A stretch of DNA of 63,125 nucleotides, the filler included, from Octopus bimaculoides (Eukaryota): assembly GCF_001194135.2 (NCBI RefSeq). It is 5 parts of 5 records of this genome, joined end to end, with 100 filler letters (N's around TTAATTAATTAA, not from the genome) between each part and the next. Parts side by side here need not be neighbours in the genome. Positions count along the whole stretch, not along the records: positions 50,400 to 59,455 come from NC_069000.1; positions 59,556 to 63,125 come from NC_069006.1; 3 more parts are not named here. The stretch is one strand, 5' to 3'. The notes below the pieces were generated by a model. The model was given only the letters and a program-made list of their open reading frames with translations, made no database searches and had not been told where the DNA came from. Below, piece by piece: positions 51,525 through 63,125 of this stretch. The stretch's first letter is position 1; every line of letters starts with the position of its first letter. The translations under genes were made by a program, and so were the position numbers.

Positions 51525-52796
51525 TTGAGTCATCCCATAAATAATGCGGTTTTTTTCAATCGCATGAACTAAAAGACGGAGGGGGGACGGGATAAACTAC
51601 CTGCATCAACTTGCTATAGAAGCAGGAAGTAATTTTACCTTGTATTTATTCTTAGTGCAAATTTTGAATAGTGCAGTTCGATTTTAAGTTATTTTTTCAA
51701 ATCTATAATAGAAGTGACAAAGAAGCATATTCGGTATATTTTGCTTTGAGTTCAATAAAGGCAAAAATGCAACGGAAAGTATGAGGAATATTAATGCAGT
51801 ATAAGGGGATCGGACAATAAGCGTAAGTCAGTGTCAACGATAGTTCCAGAAATTCCGAGCCGGAAACTACAGCCTAGAAGACGAGTCTCATCTTGGAAGA
51901 TTTGTACAGCTTGACGAGGACGTCCTGCGAATCCTGATGGAACAAAATCCCATCTGTTGAGGAATTAGCAGAGAAGCTTGGATTTGGTCATTCAATCATT
52001 TATCAACACCTGCGTGCCATTGGAAAAGTTAGCAAATTGTGTCAGCGGGCTTTCCGATTCTAATCACACGCGCAGAGAGTGTATGTGTGCTCTTCTTTGC
52101 TGTCATGTCTCATCAATGAACCTTTTTTGGACCGAATAGTGACTGGTGACGAGAAATGGGTTCTTTACAAAAATGTCAAGCACCGAAGACTAGGTTGGGA
52201 AATGAGAAACACCGGCACCCCAGGCTAAGGAAGGTCTTCACCCACGTAAGGTGTTGTTATCTTTTTGGTCGGATATGAAAGGTTTAGTCCACTTTGAACT
52301 TTTAAACCCAAACCAAACAATAACAAAGGAGATCTACTGCGAGCAGCTTGAGTGACTTAAGTCAGCACTAGAAGGAAAACGAGCATCTTTGGTTTCAAGA
52401 CGAAAGGTGTTCTTCCACGAGGATAATGCTCGGCCACATACAGCGAGGACGACGTTCCAAAGGCTGGAGCAGTTTGAATGGGAAATGATGCCCTACCCAC
52501 CATATTTGCCGGACATTGCCCCATCTGATTATCATTTATTCCGCAGTCTTCAAAATCATTTAGACAGAAAAAGTATGAATTCTGTAGACGAGGCCAGAAC
52601 AATACTGGAGGAATATTTTTTGTCACGGACAAGTGAATTTTGGAAGCGGGGCCTTACAAGTCTACCAGATAGATGGAAAAGTGTTGTAGAAAATGAAGGA
52701 GAGTATATTTTAGATTAAAAAAGAACTTAGTTTATCTTAATTTTGAAAAATAAAAGAAGTATTTAAAAAAATCGCATTATTTATGGGATGACCCAA
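51525..52796 (+). mobile_element. Near-full-length degenerate mariner (D,D34D) DNA transposon in GRHPR-like intron
   Basis: TIRs TTGAGTCATCCCATAAATAATGCG and its reverse complement CGCATTATTTATGGGATGACCCAA, followed by TA; ~1.27 kb. Transposase motifs RIVTGDEKW, HPRKVLL, FHEDNARPH and PPYLPDIAPSDYHLF, with stops, frameshifts and a lost ATG. Confidence 0.95.
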
Positions 52797-53444
52797 TATA
52801 TANNNNNNNNNNNNNNNNNNNNNNNNNNNNNNNNNNNNNNNNNNNNNNNNNNNNNNNNNNNNNNNNNNNNNNNNNNNNNNNNNNNNNNNNNNNNNNNNNN
52901 NNNNNNNNNNNNNNNNNNNNNNNNNNNNNNNNNNNNNNNNNNNNNNNNNNNNNNNNNNNNNNNNNNNNNNNNNNNNNNNNNNNNNNNNNNNNNNNNNNNN
53001 NNNNNNNNNNNNNNNNNNNNNNNNNNNNNNNNNNNNNNNNNNNNNNNNNNNNNNNNNNNNNNNNNNNNNNNNNNNNNNNNNNNNNNNNNNNNNNNNNNNN
53101 NNNNNNNNNNNNNNNNNNNNNNNNNNNNNNNNNNNNNNNNNNNNNNNNNNNNNNNNNNNNNNNNNNNNNNNNNNNNNNNNNNNNNNNNNNNNNNNNNNNN
53201 NNNNNNNNNNNNNNNNNNNNNNNNNNNNNNNNNNNNNNNNNNNNNNNNNNNNNNNNNNNNNNNNNNNNNNNNNNNNNNNNNNNNNNNNNNNNNNNNNNNN
53301 NNNNNNNNNNNNNNNNNNNNNNNNNNNNNNNNNNNNNNNNNNNNNNNNNNNNNNNNNNNNNNNNNNNNNNNNNNNNNNNNNNNNNNNNNNNNNNNNNNNN
53401 NNNNNNNNNNNNNNNNNNNNNNNNNNNNNNNNNNNNNNNNNNNN

Positions 53445-53735
53445 CTATTCTATCGGTCTCTTTTGCCGAGCCGCTAGCTTACGGGGACATAAACACACCA
53501 CCATCGGTTGTCAAGCGATGTTGGGGGGGACAAACAGACACACAAACACACACATATATATATATATATATATACATATATATGACGGGCTTCTTTCAGT
53601 TTCCGTCTACCAAATCCACTCACAAGGCTTTGGTCGACCCGAGGCTATAGTAGAAGACACTTGCCCAAGGTGCCATGCAGTGGGAATGAACCTGGAACCA
53701 TGTGGTTGGTAAGCAAGCTACTTACCACACAGCCA
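53445..53735 (-). mobile_element. SINE family A copy in GRHPR-like intron
   Basis: Reverse complement of family A head and body. Further partial copies at ~10165-10310, 20030-20126, 22840-23000, 23515-23670, 31455-31625, 33590-33730, 37545-37775, 43874-44026 (all -) and 32255-32405, 45170-45490 (+). Confidence 0.85.
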
Positions 53736-54151
53736 GAGTGTGGTAAATAATGGAGAGGGATACATTGATGGCAGCAGAAAGGGCAGTGGAGAGTTGTCGA
53801 TCTAAAAGTTTAGTTATTTGCCATAGTAAATTGTATTTTTCAATTACTGTTTACAAACGACCTTCTCTTTGGGACACAGATTTTGAAAATCAAAAAGTTG
53901 ACAATCAACCATGTAGTCTAACATACACAGAAGACAGGCAAAAAAAGGCGGAATGAACGTAGCTTATTTGCACTTCCAGGTCTAATTTTACTAGTACACT
54001 GACTTGGAGATAAAGCAATAACTACTGATCCAGCCCATTACCTACAATAGCACCACTGCCAGCAACAACTATTAATGCAATTACTATGCCCCTACCACCA
54101 CAACCGCCACTACCACTACAACCACCACCATCACCACCGTCCTTACTACTA

Positions 54152-54235
<84 letters not shown>

Positions 54236-54568
54236 ATAATAATAATAATCACACTCATTAGTATTAAGGTAGGCCAATGTCTCTCATTAGGTCATTTCAT
54301 TCTGTGTTCTTTAATACAATGTTAAAGAAACCAAGACATAAAAACTTCCTATAAAATCCTTGAAACTTCGTATAACTATATACCAGTAATTAACCCTTTA
54401 AGTGCCAGTCCAATACCATTAAATTCTTCACCACTCACCATTCCTTTTTTTCAAAGATCATCACTTCATATCTTCAAGTTCCAATATCAAATCAGACATT
54501 TTATTACTTGTCTATTTTTGTTTGTCATACATCCATAATTATTAGTGACAAGAAATTGAAGTACCTAC

Positions 54569-54747
54569 CTCTGGCAATATTGATTAAAGTTGCAGTCTTC
54601 TTCATTACGTCCAGTTCCTTGTGACCAATCAAATGATATGTTTGTGGTGTTAAAGCACAGGTAATCACAACATAGTCACACAATGGTAACATGTCCATCA
54701 AGCTACTATAAAACTGCGCATCCACTTTTGCTTCTTCTTCTTTGGAT
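54569..54747 (-). CDS. GRHPR-like: Internal exon of GRHPR-like 2-hydroxyacid dehydrogenase
   Basis: ttttttcgacag|A TCC AAA... acceptor and GCC AGA G|GTAGGT donor; 179 nt. Encodes SKEEEAKVDAQFYSSLMDMLPLCDYVVITCALTPQTYHLIGHKELDVMKKTATLINIAR(G), with the substrate-binding Arg of INxARG. Confidence 0.95.
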
Positions 54748-55323
54748 CTGTCGAAAAAATTGATTAATTCATTAATTGTGTATTCTAATCAAAATATTAA
54801 CTAGTTTCTGGAATGTGTTTGAAGAATAATATTTTGTTCTTACTGTTTTGCATCAATTGTTAGTATTGTAATGGATTGATTTACTTCTGGAATAAGAGTA
54901 GTGTTTGCAGTTAGAAGCACTTCCTACTGCAAAGACACAGGTAAGAAGCATGTGTTGCTATTGTGTTGTTAAGCAGGCAGACAGTTCAAAGATAGAACTG
55001 TTGAATAAGTATCATAAATACTAGTAAACTAGTAAAAGTTTATGCTGAATCTGAAATTATAGTAGAAGGGAGGTAAATTCCGGTATTTTTTTTTCTGTGT
55101 TGATATTGGCTGGTCTAATATGGCTGGAAGCAGGTAGAATCATTAACATGCATGACAAAATGCTTCACGGTATTTCTTCCAGCTTCACTTTCCAAGATTA
55201 AATTCTGTCGAGTTCTACTTTGCTTTTCATCCATTCGGGGTCGATGAAATGCGTACCGGTTGAGTGCTGGGCTCGATGTAATAGACTAGCCCTTCTCCAC
55301 AGATTTCAGGCTTTCTGTCAATA

Positions 55324-55618
55324 CAGTGAAACCTCGCTTTACAAATTCGTTCCTGAAGAGCGTTCGACACACGAAATGTTTGTCAACCGAAACTGTTCTC
55401 CCCATAAGGATCCAGAAGAGGCACAGGAGATTCAAGCAGAGATGTGCATTGACTGAAAGCTAGACAGTAACTGACGCTCTCCCGCTGAAACTCCCAGCTT
55501 GCTACCAACCGTTGTTGTCAGCTTGTGGGTTCGTTATTTGAGACATCCTATGTTCAAAACATTGTTCGTAAACCGGTTTGTTTGTGATGAGAAGTGTTTG
55601 TAAACCGAGCCTCCACTC
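55324..55618. mobile_element. Tigger/pogo-like MITE
   Basis: TA|CAGTGAAACCTCGCTTTACAAA at left; right end reverse-complements to GAGTGGAGGCTCGGTTTACAAA; ~295 bp with no ORF. Confidence 0.65.
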
Positions 55619-56284
55619 TGGCAGAAAGGACATTGGCTGGTCTAACAAAATTAAACAAGTGTGCTTGAGAACAAGTTTTACGAAAATTGCTTTAATATTT
55701 TATTGAAGTTAGCAGCCTTTCGTCCGTTTTTATGTTTTGAGTTCAAATACTGTACTTTTGCTCTATGATCTGCATTCTCGAGAGTTTTGCTTCATCTATG
55801 AGAAGGGGCCAAGCAATACGAAGATATAAGCAAAACTACAAATACCAGATCTTGTATTTGCCTGCTAGTTTTGATCAATCTATTCTTTTAATCCATCCTC
55901 GGTTCGTGTTAACATCTCAACGTCTCTGTTCTTATCAGACAAGTTTATATATCATCGTCTTAAGCTTTTCATAGGATTGCCCTTAACTGTTAGCATGGTT
56001 TCTCATGCTATTTTGTACTTTTTTTTTGCTTTGGCTGACTTTTGAGAAAAGTCACATTACAAATGCCTTAAACCGCATTCTTGACCAACTAAGTAGACCA
56101 TCCAGTCTTTCCAGAAATATTTGAATTGGTTTTTGGCCTAATGAGATAAGGAAAAAAGAGTAAAAATTTGTCAGTGACTGTGTTAGAGAATAATGAGAGA
56201 AAAATATAAAAACAAAAGAAAAGTAGTATGTAAAGGTTAGTAGAGATAATGGTGTATAAAATTACAGATAAATCTAGGCCACAA

Positions 56285-57545
56285 CTGAAACTTGTCAAAG
56301 AAATCAATTCAAGGCAGACTGAAAGATAGACATGAGCCTGTCAGTTGGGAATGTTATGTCAGCAGGAAAACGAACCTCTACGAAGGTACATACTCTTTCT
56401 TGTCTGTCACAAACAACAATGTCTTGTGTTGATGTTTGATCATGTATTTGATAGCAGTGCACTTTTCTATATCTATTCCAGGACAGTAACATTTTTTCAA
56501 AGGTCATTGTATACTGTTTTAGCGTCAATGCCGTATTGCATAGGAAAGTAGCACCTTGATGAGATTTTTGGGCAGCTGATAATCACATGAAGCGTGATAT
56601 AATCTAAATTTTCGGCTGCATCTTCAGGCTCTAAGGGCTTCATTGTTTCTTATGCTCACTAGGTGTTTCATAGCAATCTCCTGTTCTTGGATTGCAAATG
56701 CAAAGCCTTCGAAGGGTGTTGTGATGCAGCAGTCAGGAGTCTAAGGCAAGTTGTATTTCTTGTCAATATTATTGTCTATATCTCTTTGTGTCTGTATGCA
56801 TGTACGCAAGATAATGGATAGCCTTTCTTTGTAAGCTGAATGTTTCACATTCAGGTCATCTTTGCTAGTCCAGCCTGTTTTGGGGTTGTATGGGAGAGGC
56901 CATCAGGAAGAGAAGCTCCCTAAGGAGGTTATTGCTGATGAGTAGGATGTTGTTCTCTTCGTTCTTCATTACTAAGTTTATGTATTTATTTTGACAGTTG
57001 TTGTTTAGCAGATGTTATCTGAGGGAGGCAATACAATATTCAAAGGCCATCAGCACTGATCTCAAGTCTCTTCTTCCTTCATCTCTTCTTGGCAAGAGCT
57101 TGTCGGTATTACTATTTCTGTGTGGGCTTCAAGTTGAAGTCAGAATCTTGCGGGTTCTAATGTCTATGGAGTGGATTTCCTATACAATCCAGTGAAATAT
57201 CTCAAAAGTCTGAATCAGTTCTAGCACCGCAAATGCATTGTGAGATATTGTCTTCTATAAGGAGAAGTCTGGTATAATATTTTCGGATCACTCTATCTTT
57301 ATTCACAGTACCTTCATAAGATATGTTTTCATCAATATTTTGGTATTTGTAGCATTCTTTGTGTGGGACAGGAGGGATAGAGACCGTTGATGCTCGGATT
57401 TTGGGTTTGTGGGACTGCTTTTCTCCATTCAACAATCGAATGCGAGCATTTCTTTTGGCCAAATTCCATTCCTATTTCAGCTGATTTTGGCATTAGTAAC
57501 ATTTATCGCTTAAGTCTTCAGGTCATCCACAAATAAATTATGGGT
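56285..57545 (-). mobile_element. Degenerate RLE-bearing non-LTR retrotransposon (R4/Dong-like), RT C-terminus to endonuclease
   Basis: FVDDLK (~57534-57516), YKYQNIDENISYEG, IDIRTRKILT-like stretch, EGFAFAIQEQEI, VIISCPK (CCHC region remnant) and DIVVCDRQERVCTFVEV (PD..D/E RLE motif). Many stops and frameshifts. Confidence 0.8.
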
Positions 57546-58299
57546 TACATCGATACCTCTAACAGTTGTATGTATGTATGTATGTATGCATGTATGTATA
57601 GTAAATGTGATTGATTTCCCCCCTTCAACAGCCTTTTCTTATTTGAAGGATTTTAAAAGCCCTCTCCTCATAGAAAATGTTTTAATGGAACAGAGAGGAC
57701 AGCCTTTGCAAGACTATGTGATCCAGATAAAAAAATCCCCCCAAAACGCAGAACAATCAGTTATCAGTTGAAATCCCTCTTACCATCATTGGTTTGCCCG
57801 ATCTAGAAGTGGTCAGGGTTTCACAGCAAATACAATAAGGTTATGAAGTGGCTTCCCTTACATGTACCCTAGAACTTTCACTTGTTCAATCAAACTCTTT
57901 TATTTCTCACTCTATGGACATTTGAACGTATGCTTGAATGTATCCCATTTCAGAGAGAAAGAGAGAGAGAAAGAGAGAGAAGGAGAGAGAGGGAGAGAGA
58001 GAGGGAGAGAGAAGGAGAGAGGTGGAGAGAGAAAGGAAGAGAGAAAGGAACCCTCGGGCCCAGCCAAATTTTTATAAGGTTATAGAGATATCCATTAACA
58101 ATGACGTTGTCAGTCATATTCAATCTATCTCTCTCTTTCTCAGTCTCTCCCTCTCTCTCTCTCTCTCTCTATCTATCTACCTTCCATGACTCCAACCTTC
58201 GAGCAAATCTAGTGGAGACCTTTTATGCCACTCACCAGTGGGATTTGACTTCAGCGAAGTTAGTGAAAACAATGTTGTTGCTCCGAACATCAGCAGAGC

Positions 58300-59160
58300 C
58301 TTCATCTGTGTTTGGCATCCAACAACATCGATCCTTCATTCCTTCCTAACCCTCTCGATCCATGCATCATCTATGTGCAACCTAGACACTGGATGCCTAA
58401 TTTGTATTGATTTTATAAACTGAGACCTTGAGAGTATCCCCCAGTAGAGACATGCCAACCTTGTCTCTTTTAAAAGAACCCCACCAAAAAGACTCAGGCA
58501 TTACTCATACAACCGCACCTCACACTCTCGAAACATGAGTGGCACTTAGAATGAGCCTTCACAGTTGCCCCAAATGCTGGGCCACATTATCACCAAGGTT
58601 CTCTCCTGCCAAAAGTACATTGTTAGTACAGCTAGGATTACATCTCAATGACTAGCGCTTCTCTTTGACCAAAAGATATTTCAATCTCTCACAGTTGCTA
58701 ACACTCTACAAAATTCCACAGTAGGAGTACTGCACCCACATCTCGGTTTCTACAACTGCTACGCACACTGACATATTGCCTCCACTGAAGGGCCACTCGG
58801 CCGATTAGCATTCTATCATTAATGGACGCACTCAAACCTCTGCCTTACAGGATTACTATTTCCACTTTCTCTCTCTCTCTCTATCTGTCTGTCTATATCT
58901 ATATATCTATCTATCTCACTCACTTTTCTATTGCTGCTATAATGGTCTCTGCACCTTTGGAGCAGACTGGTCTCGTAGCTCCATCCACACTGCCCAGCCC
59001 TGTACTATTTGTCCATCCAACACTCATCACCCTTATTGCCCTCCTCTCTTTCCCCGCACAAACGAGGACACCCATTTCTTCATCCCCAGAAATTTCTTCT
59101 CTCTGGAATCTCCTCTCCATTCATATCTTTCCCTCAATAGTTTAAACAGAACACAAACAG
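58300..59160 (+). mobile_element. Degenerate CR1/L2/Jockey-group LINE 3' fragment
   Basis: DLESI...NLVSF, SQLLTLYK, EYCTHI and SSLWNLLSIHIFP are RT C-terminal motifs; frameshifted and interrupted by (CT)n/(TA)n. Confidence 0.7.
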
Positions 59161-59313
59161 CATCTATCTAACCAGTCTTTGAGAGCCTACAAGGGTGGAT
59201 CATATGCTCCCCCTGTTCATCCACACTCAGAAAGTATTTAAAAAAATCCATGCATCTATCCTTCAATTCTCTTGTCTTAATGTCCCATACACAAACCTAC
59301 TTCAAACACTCAC

Positions 59314-59455
59314 CTTTGTCTCCTTTGATGATACAGTACCTTCATTTCAAAAGCATGAGCTCTGATTGCCAGCTTGTAGCCAATGGTTCCCATTCCAATT
59401 ATTCCAATCGAATTTCCTGTGACGTCATGTGCTATAAGTTCTGGTGGGTACAAAT
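59314..59455 (-). CDS. GRHPR-like: Exon of D-isomer-specific 2-hydroxyacid dehydrogenase (GRHPR/2-ketogluconate reductase-like), nucleotide-binding Rossmann motif; 5' end lost in gap
   Basis: Minus-strand translation LYPPELIAHDVTGNSIGIIGMGTIGYKLAIRAHAFEMKVLYHQRRQ(R) contains GxGxxG. It ends CAA AG|GTGAGT (canonical donor, phase 2), matching the phase of the next exon. Not in the ORF track. Confidence 0.93.
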
Positions 59456-59555
59456 NNNNNNNNNNNNNNNNNNNNNNNNNNNNNNNNNNNNNNNNNNNNT
59501 TAATTAATTAANNNNNNNNNNNNNNNNNNNNNNNNNNNNNNNNNNNNNNNNNNNN
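59456..59555. other. Assembly spacer: 44 N + TTAATTAATTAA + 44 N
   Basis: Identical 100-nt construct at 30348-30447, 37829-37928, 50300-50399 and 59456-59555; the 12-mer has stops in all six frames. Confidence 0.95.
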
Positions 59556-59566
59556 TTTTGTATTAC

Positions 59567-59607
59567 CAAACATTGACCATTTCTTCCTTTTTATTTTTGT
59601 TTGTCAT
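59567..59607 (-). CDS. Candidate first coding exon of GRHPR-like gene
   Basis: ATG ACA AAC...GTC AAT GTT TG|GTAATA gives MTNKNKKEEMVNV, right at the far edge of the linker gap that truncates the 59314-59455 exon. No homology recognised; position-based inference. Confidence 0.25.
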
Positions 59608-62600
59608 CGTCCACGGAACGGACCTAACTTCACAGAAACAACAAACCTTTTTATTTATTAAATCCTCCCTAACCAAAAAAAAAAACACAACAATAAGCTG
59701 GTCTATTTCCTAATTCCATCTTTTTCTTTGTGGATTCTTCGTAGAATTTCGTTTCTCTTTCCAACAGTTTAACACACACACCCCTCTCTCTCTGCCTACC
59801 TTTCTATCTACCTGTCTATATCTATCTATCTCTTTCTCTGTATGTCTTTTATCCAGCCATCCATCTACCCTTTTTCTCTTTCTACTATTCTATCTATCTA
59901 TCTATTTCGTTTTCTTTCTCTCCCTCTCTTTATCTACCTATCTATTCATCTCTCTCTCTCTCTCCCTCTTTCTCTCCATCTACCTGTCTGTCAGTCTCTC
60001 TCTCTCTCTCTCTTTTTTCTTCCTTCCTTCTCAGTCGTTATTAATATTTTCCGACGTAATTTCTCGCGTCTTTCGTCAAAAACCGGAGTTAACACAAAAA
60101 AAAGCCCATAACCACCACCACCATCACACGACCACCACCAACAACAACACTCCCACCACCATCACCAACACCCTCACTATCTCCATCACCACCACCACCA
60201 ATATTATCATCCCCGCCGCCACCATCATCAAATAAATAAACAGAAGAACAAGGAAGATGTGCTAATGTCCGCACAACTCTCCTATCTCCGTGTCTGGTCG
60301 GAAAGGTGTGGTTTAGGGCTGGGAAGTTCCCTGTCCGGAGCCTGCAAGTCGCGAGTCCAACGTGAAAGGTAAGGGAAGAAATACTTCGGCTCTTTTTACC
60401 TCTCTCTTTCAGGTGATAAACATCGCTTTAATACATGTGTACACACACACAATATGTATATACGTGCGTATGTATGTGTTTATTTATATATTTTTGCATG
60501 TATACTTTATATATATATATACATTATATATATACAACCTATATACGTGTGTATATATACACACACTCACATTATGTATGTGTTTGTCCGCCTTCTATAG
60601 TTTAAACAATTTTCAGCGGAATTTCTCCCGTAAAAGAAGGACCCTCGTCAATTTCGTTCCTTCGCATTCTTCGTTGCAGAGTTTTTGGTCCTTTGGCATT
60701 CGCTTTTTGTGTGTGTGACTCTTTCTTCTTTTTATTGTGCCCCCCCCCCTCCAACTTCCAAATTGCTTCCTTTTATTTTTCAGGATGTTAATACGTTATA
60801 CATTATATACAGATATAAAGACAACAAAATTCTGGAACCCTCGAATCTACAGACCAAGACACAGTGAGCGATGTAGATACCATGCGTAGGTGCACCATCG
60901 TCTTTGAGGTTAGCATGCACCTGTATGTCTGTCTCTCGTAGTCACAGACATTACTAAATATCTAAGCAGGGATAGTTAAAATGTATTTTCAAAAATTCAT
61001 CTTTCAAATATTGCCAAACGTTTGTCTTATTCATTCATTCGTTTATTCGGCGTGTATAGCTTATTATTCACAACATTACTAACGAAGAATTTACTGGAAA
61101 ATATTAAATGAACTTGGTTTAAATTGTATTTTGTGGGGGTGGCATTCGATTTCTTACACGGCTTGCTTCCCTGTAATACCCGAGATGCTATTCGGAGCTT
61201 TTGCTTGGAAATTCTTGTTATTTAAAAACGAAAAATAAACCCAACCCTAACAAATAAACTGTTACAATCAGTTCTTTTTGCATTGAGGCCTTTATCCATT
61301 TGTTGGTCAACCCGAATCTCTGTGCTATATATATATATATATAAAGTACGTGTGAATTGATTTTTCTTGTCATAGAAACAAATAACACTAAAAACCTCGT
61401 GTGCCAATCACAATTGGCATTCAGAACCGGGTGCGTCGCCAGTAGAACCGGGTGGATGCTGCAAACATCAAACTCAAATGTCTTCACAGAAAAGATAAAA
61501 CGGAGTTTCATTCATTTGTTAATTTTGAAAGCTTAATGTTATATTTTACATAATTTTTTTAAAAATCCATTTGAATTTTATTTTCTAAATCGATGAAACG
61601 ATGTATGTGTGTGTGTGTTTGCGGCTTGGATCGAGCTGTTGTTCCCAGTTCTGTGATCCAAGATAAACCATTCCTCCCGATTCCGTCTATTTTTAGACAT
61701 AGTGTACCTAGGTCTACATCTTCCAACGTGTCATTCCTTCCAAATCAACGAAGGTGGTGTTAATTTGAGCACGATTTAGCTGCTATTTTTGGCATTAAAG
61801 CTACACGGTTGTCGCCACAGTCCGTCCGTTCGTTCCTGTATATATAATATTCTAAAGATATTCACAGACTATTATTATTATCATCATCATCATCATCTAG
61901 AGAATGGCTGCAAATTACCCAGAAAAATCTTTTAAAAAAAAAATTTTTTTTTTTTAGTTTTATAGTTTCGCAATTTTCTTTCCGTGAAGGAAGGATGATT
62001 AAATAGGAATGGAAATGGTTCCATTATAAAAGTAAAAACGAATCTAGGAATAACGAGGAACATAATATCTATCTATATATAATGTGTGTGTAGGTCATAT
62101 TTTCACGTTCGCTGAATATAGACGGCATTGTCTGTTTTATGATCTGCTATGGCGGTTACAACGATGATGATGATGATGATTAGCAATACCACAGTAGGTC
62201 TTTGCACCTAAATACTCTCATTTATCGATCTTTAAGCTAAGCATGGTATTTATTTATCTCTGCTCTGACGTCGGTCTCTTTCTGGCTTTTCCTCTTGCCT
62301 TCTCACTGACTTCAGTTTTTCTTTCACTTTCTCTTCCGTACATTACATAAATATATATATATATCACGCACACATTTACAAACCCACAAACATGCGCACA
62401 TACACATCTCGATAGATAGATATCATTTTTTTTTCCCACCCTTTAATGTCCATTTTCTCATGCTTACCTAAGTCAGGTGGATCTTCTTCTCGAAGACAGT
62501 GCCATGCCACCTCTTGTGGTCACCCGTCACCCCCCCCCCAAATCAGCTTTCGTCACTTCCTCCCATGTGTTTTGTTTTATTTTTTTTCCCCTGTCTGCTT

Positions 62601-63125
62601 CTTTTACAGGTTCCTTCTTCCATTTCTATCGTTTGGCACCTACGTTTGCCACTCAACTCTCTCATACTCCATGCTTATCACATGTCTCTACTAACAACGC
62701 AGTCTCGTTTCTAGCACACACGACATCCAATTTCCTCTGGTGCCAAACTTCTCGCTTTCACCTTATTTCTGCCCAGTCGTTTGTCTACATTAACATCACA
62801 CATCCAGTATTTGTTGCTGCTTGATTTTATTTCTGTAAAATCTTTCCCATATCCTCAGCATTTCACGTCCCCGTTTTCCTCCCAAACACCCACAACACCT
62901 CCTGCATCAGCATCATACAGTTAGGCTTTTACCGAGACAAAGACAGAGAGAGAGAGAGGATGCTTTTGCTTCCTAAACTCTCCCCTCTCTATCCCAAACT
63001 CTGGCGACCCAGCTTTCAGCCCGTCAAGGTGAGGGCAAATCGCTTCATGGTTAAGACGTTTGGGTTACAATTGTTAGGTTGTGAGTTCGATTCCTGGTAG
63101 CACTTTCTGCCCTTGACCAAGACAC

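Overview
Animal nuclear DNA from a draft assembly: AT-rich, many N-gaps, dense microsatellites and tRNA-derived SINEs. The repeat sequences look octopus-like (coleoid cephalopod); this is an inference from recalled repeats, not a database result. Almost all ORFs in the supplied track are microsatellite or gap artefacts. One gene is well supported: a minus-strand D-2-hydroxyacid dehydrogenase (GRHPR/2-ketogluconate-reductase-like) with three in-phase exons at 59314-59455, 54569-54747 and 51263-51409. These carry GMGTIG, INIARG, PEPL and TPH, and two of them are cut by gaps. The rest is a TE landscape: at least four SINE families, a near-full-length dead mariner, two copies of a rearranged non-autonomous mariner, a maT-like fragment, a Tigger-like MITE, a Helitron 3' end with PIF1 helicase remnant, and RTE, CR1-like and R4/Dong-like LINE fragments. 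The most interesting signal is a set of minimal type I hammerhead ribozyme motifs. One has an intact core (21972-22017) and sits directly downstream of a tRNA-like Pol III head; two copies have single core mutations; three more repeat-borne motifs share the topology with a U4C change. Other oddities are a ~230-bp-arm inverted repeat, a perfect 57-bp hairpin, a DR5/E-box tandem array and an NRF1-type promoter. No CRISPR, rRNA or bona fide tRNA gene was found.
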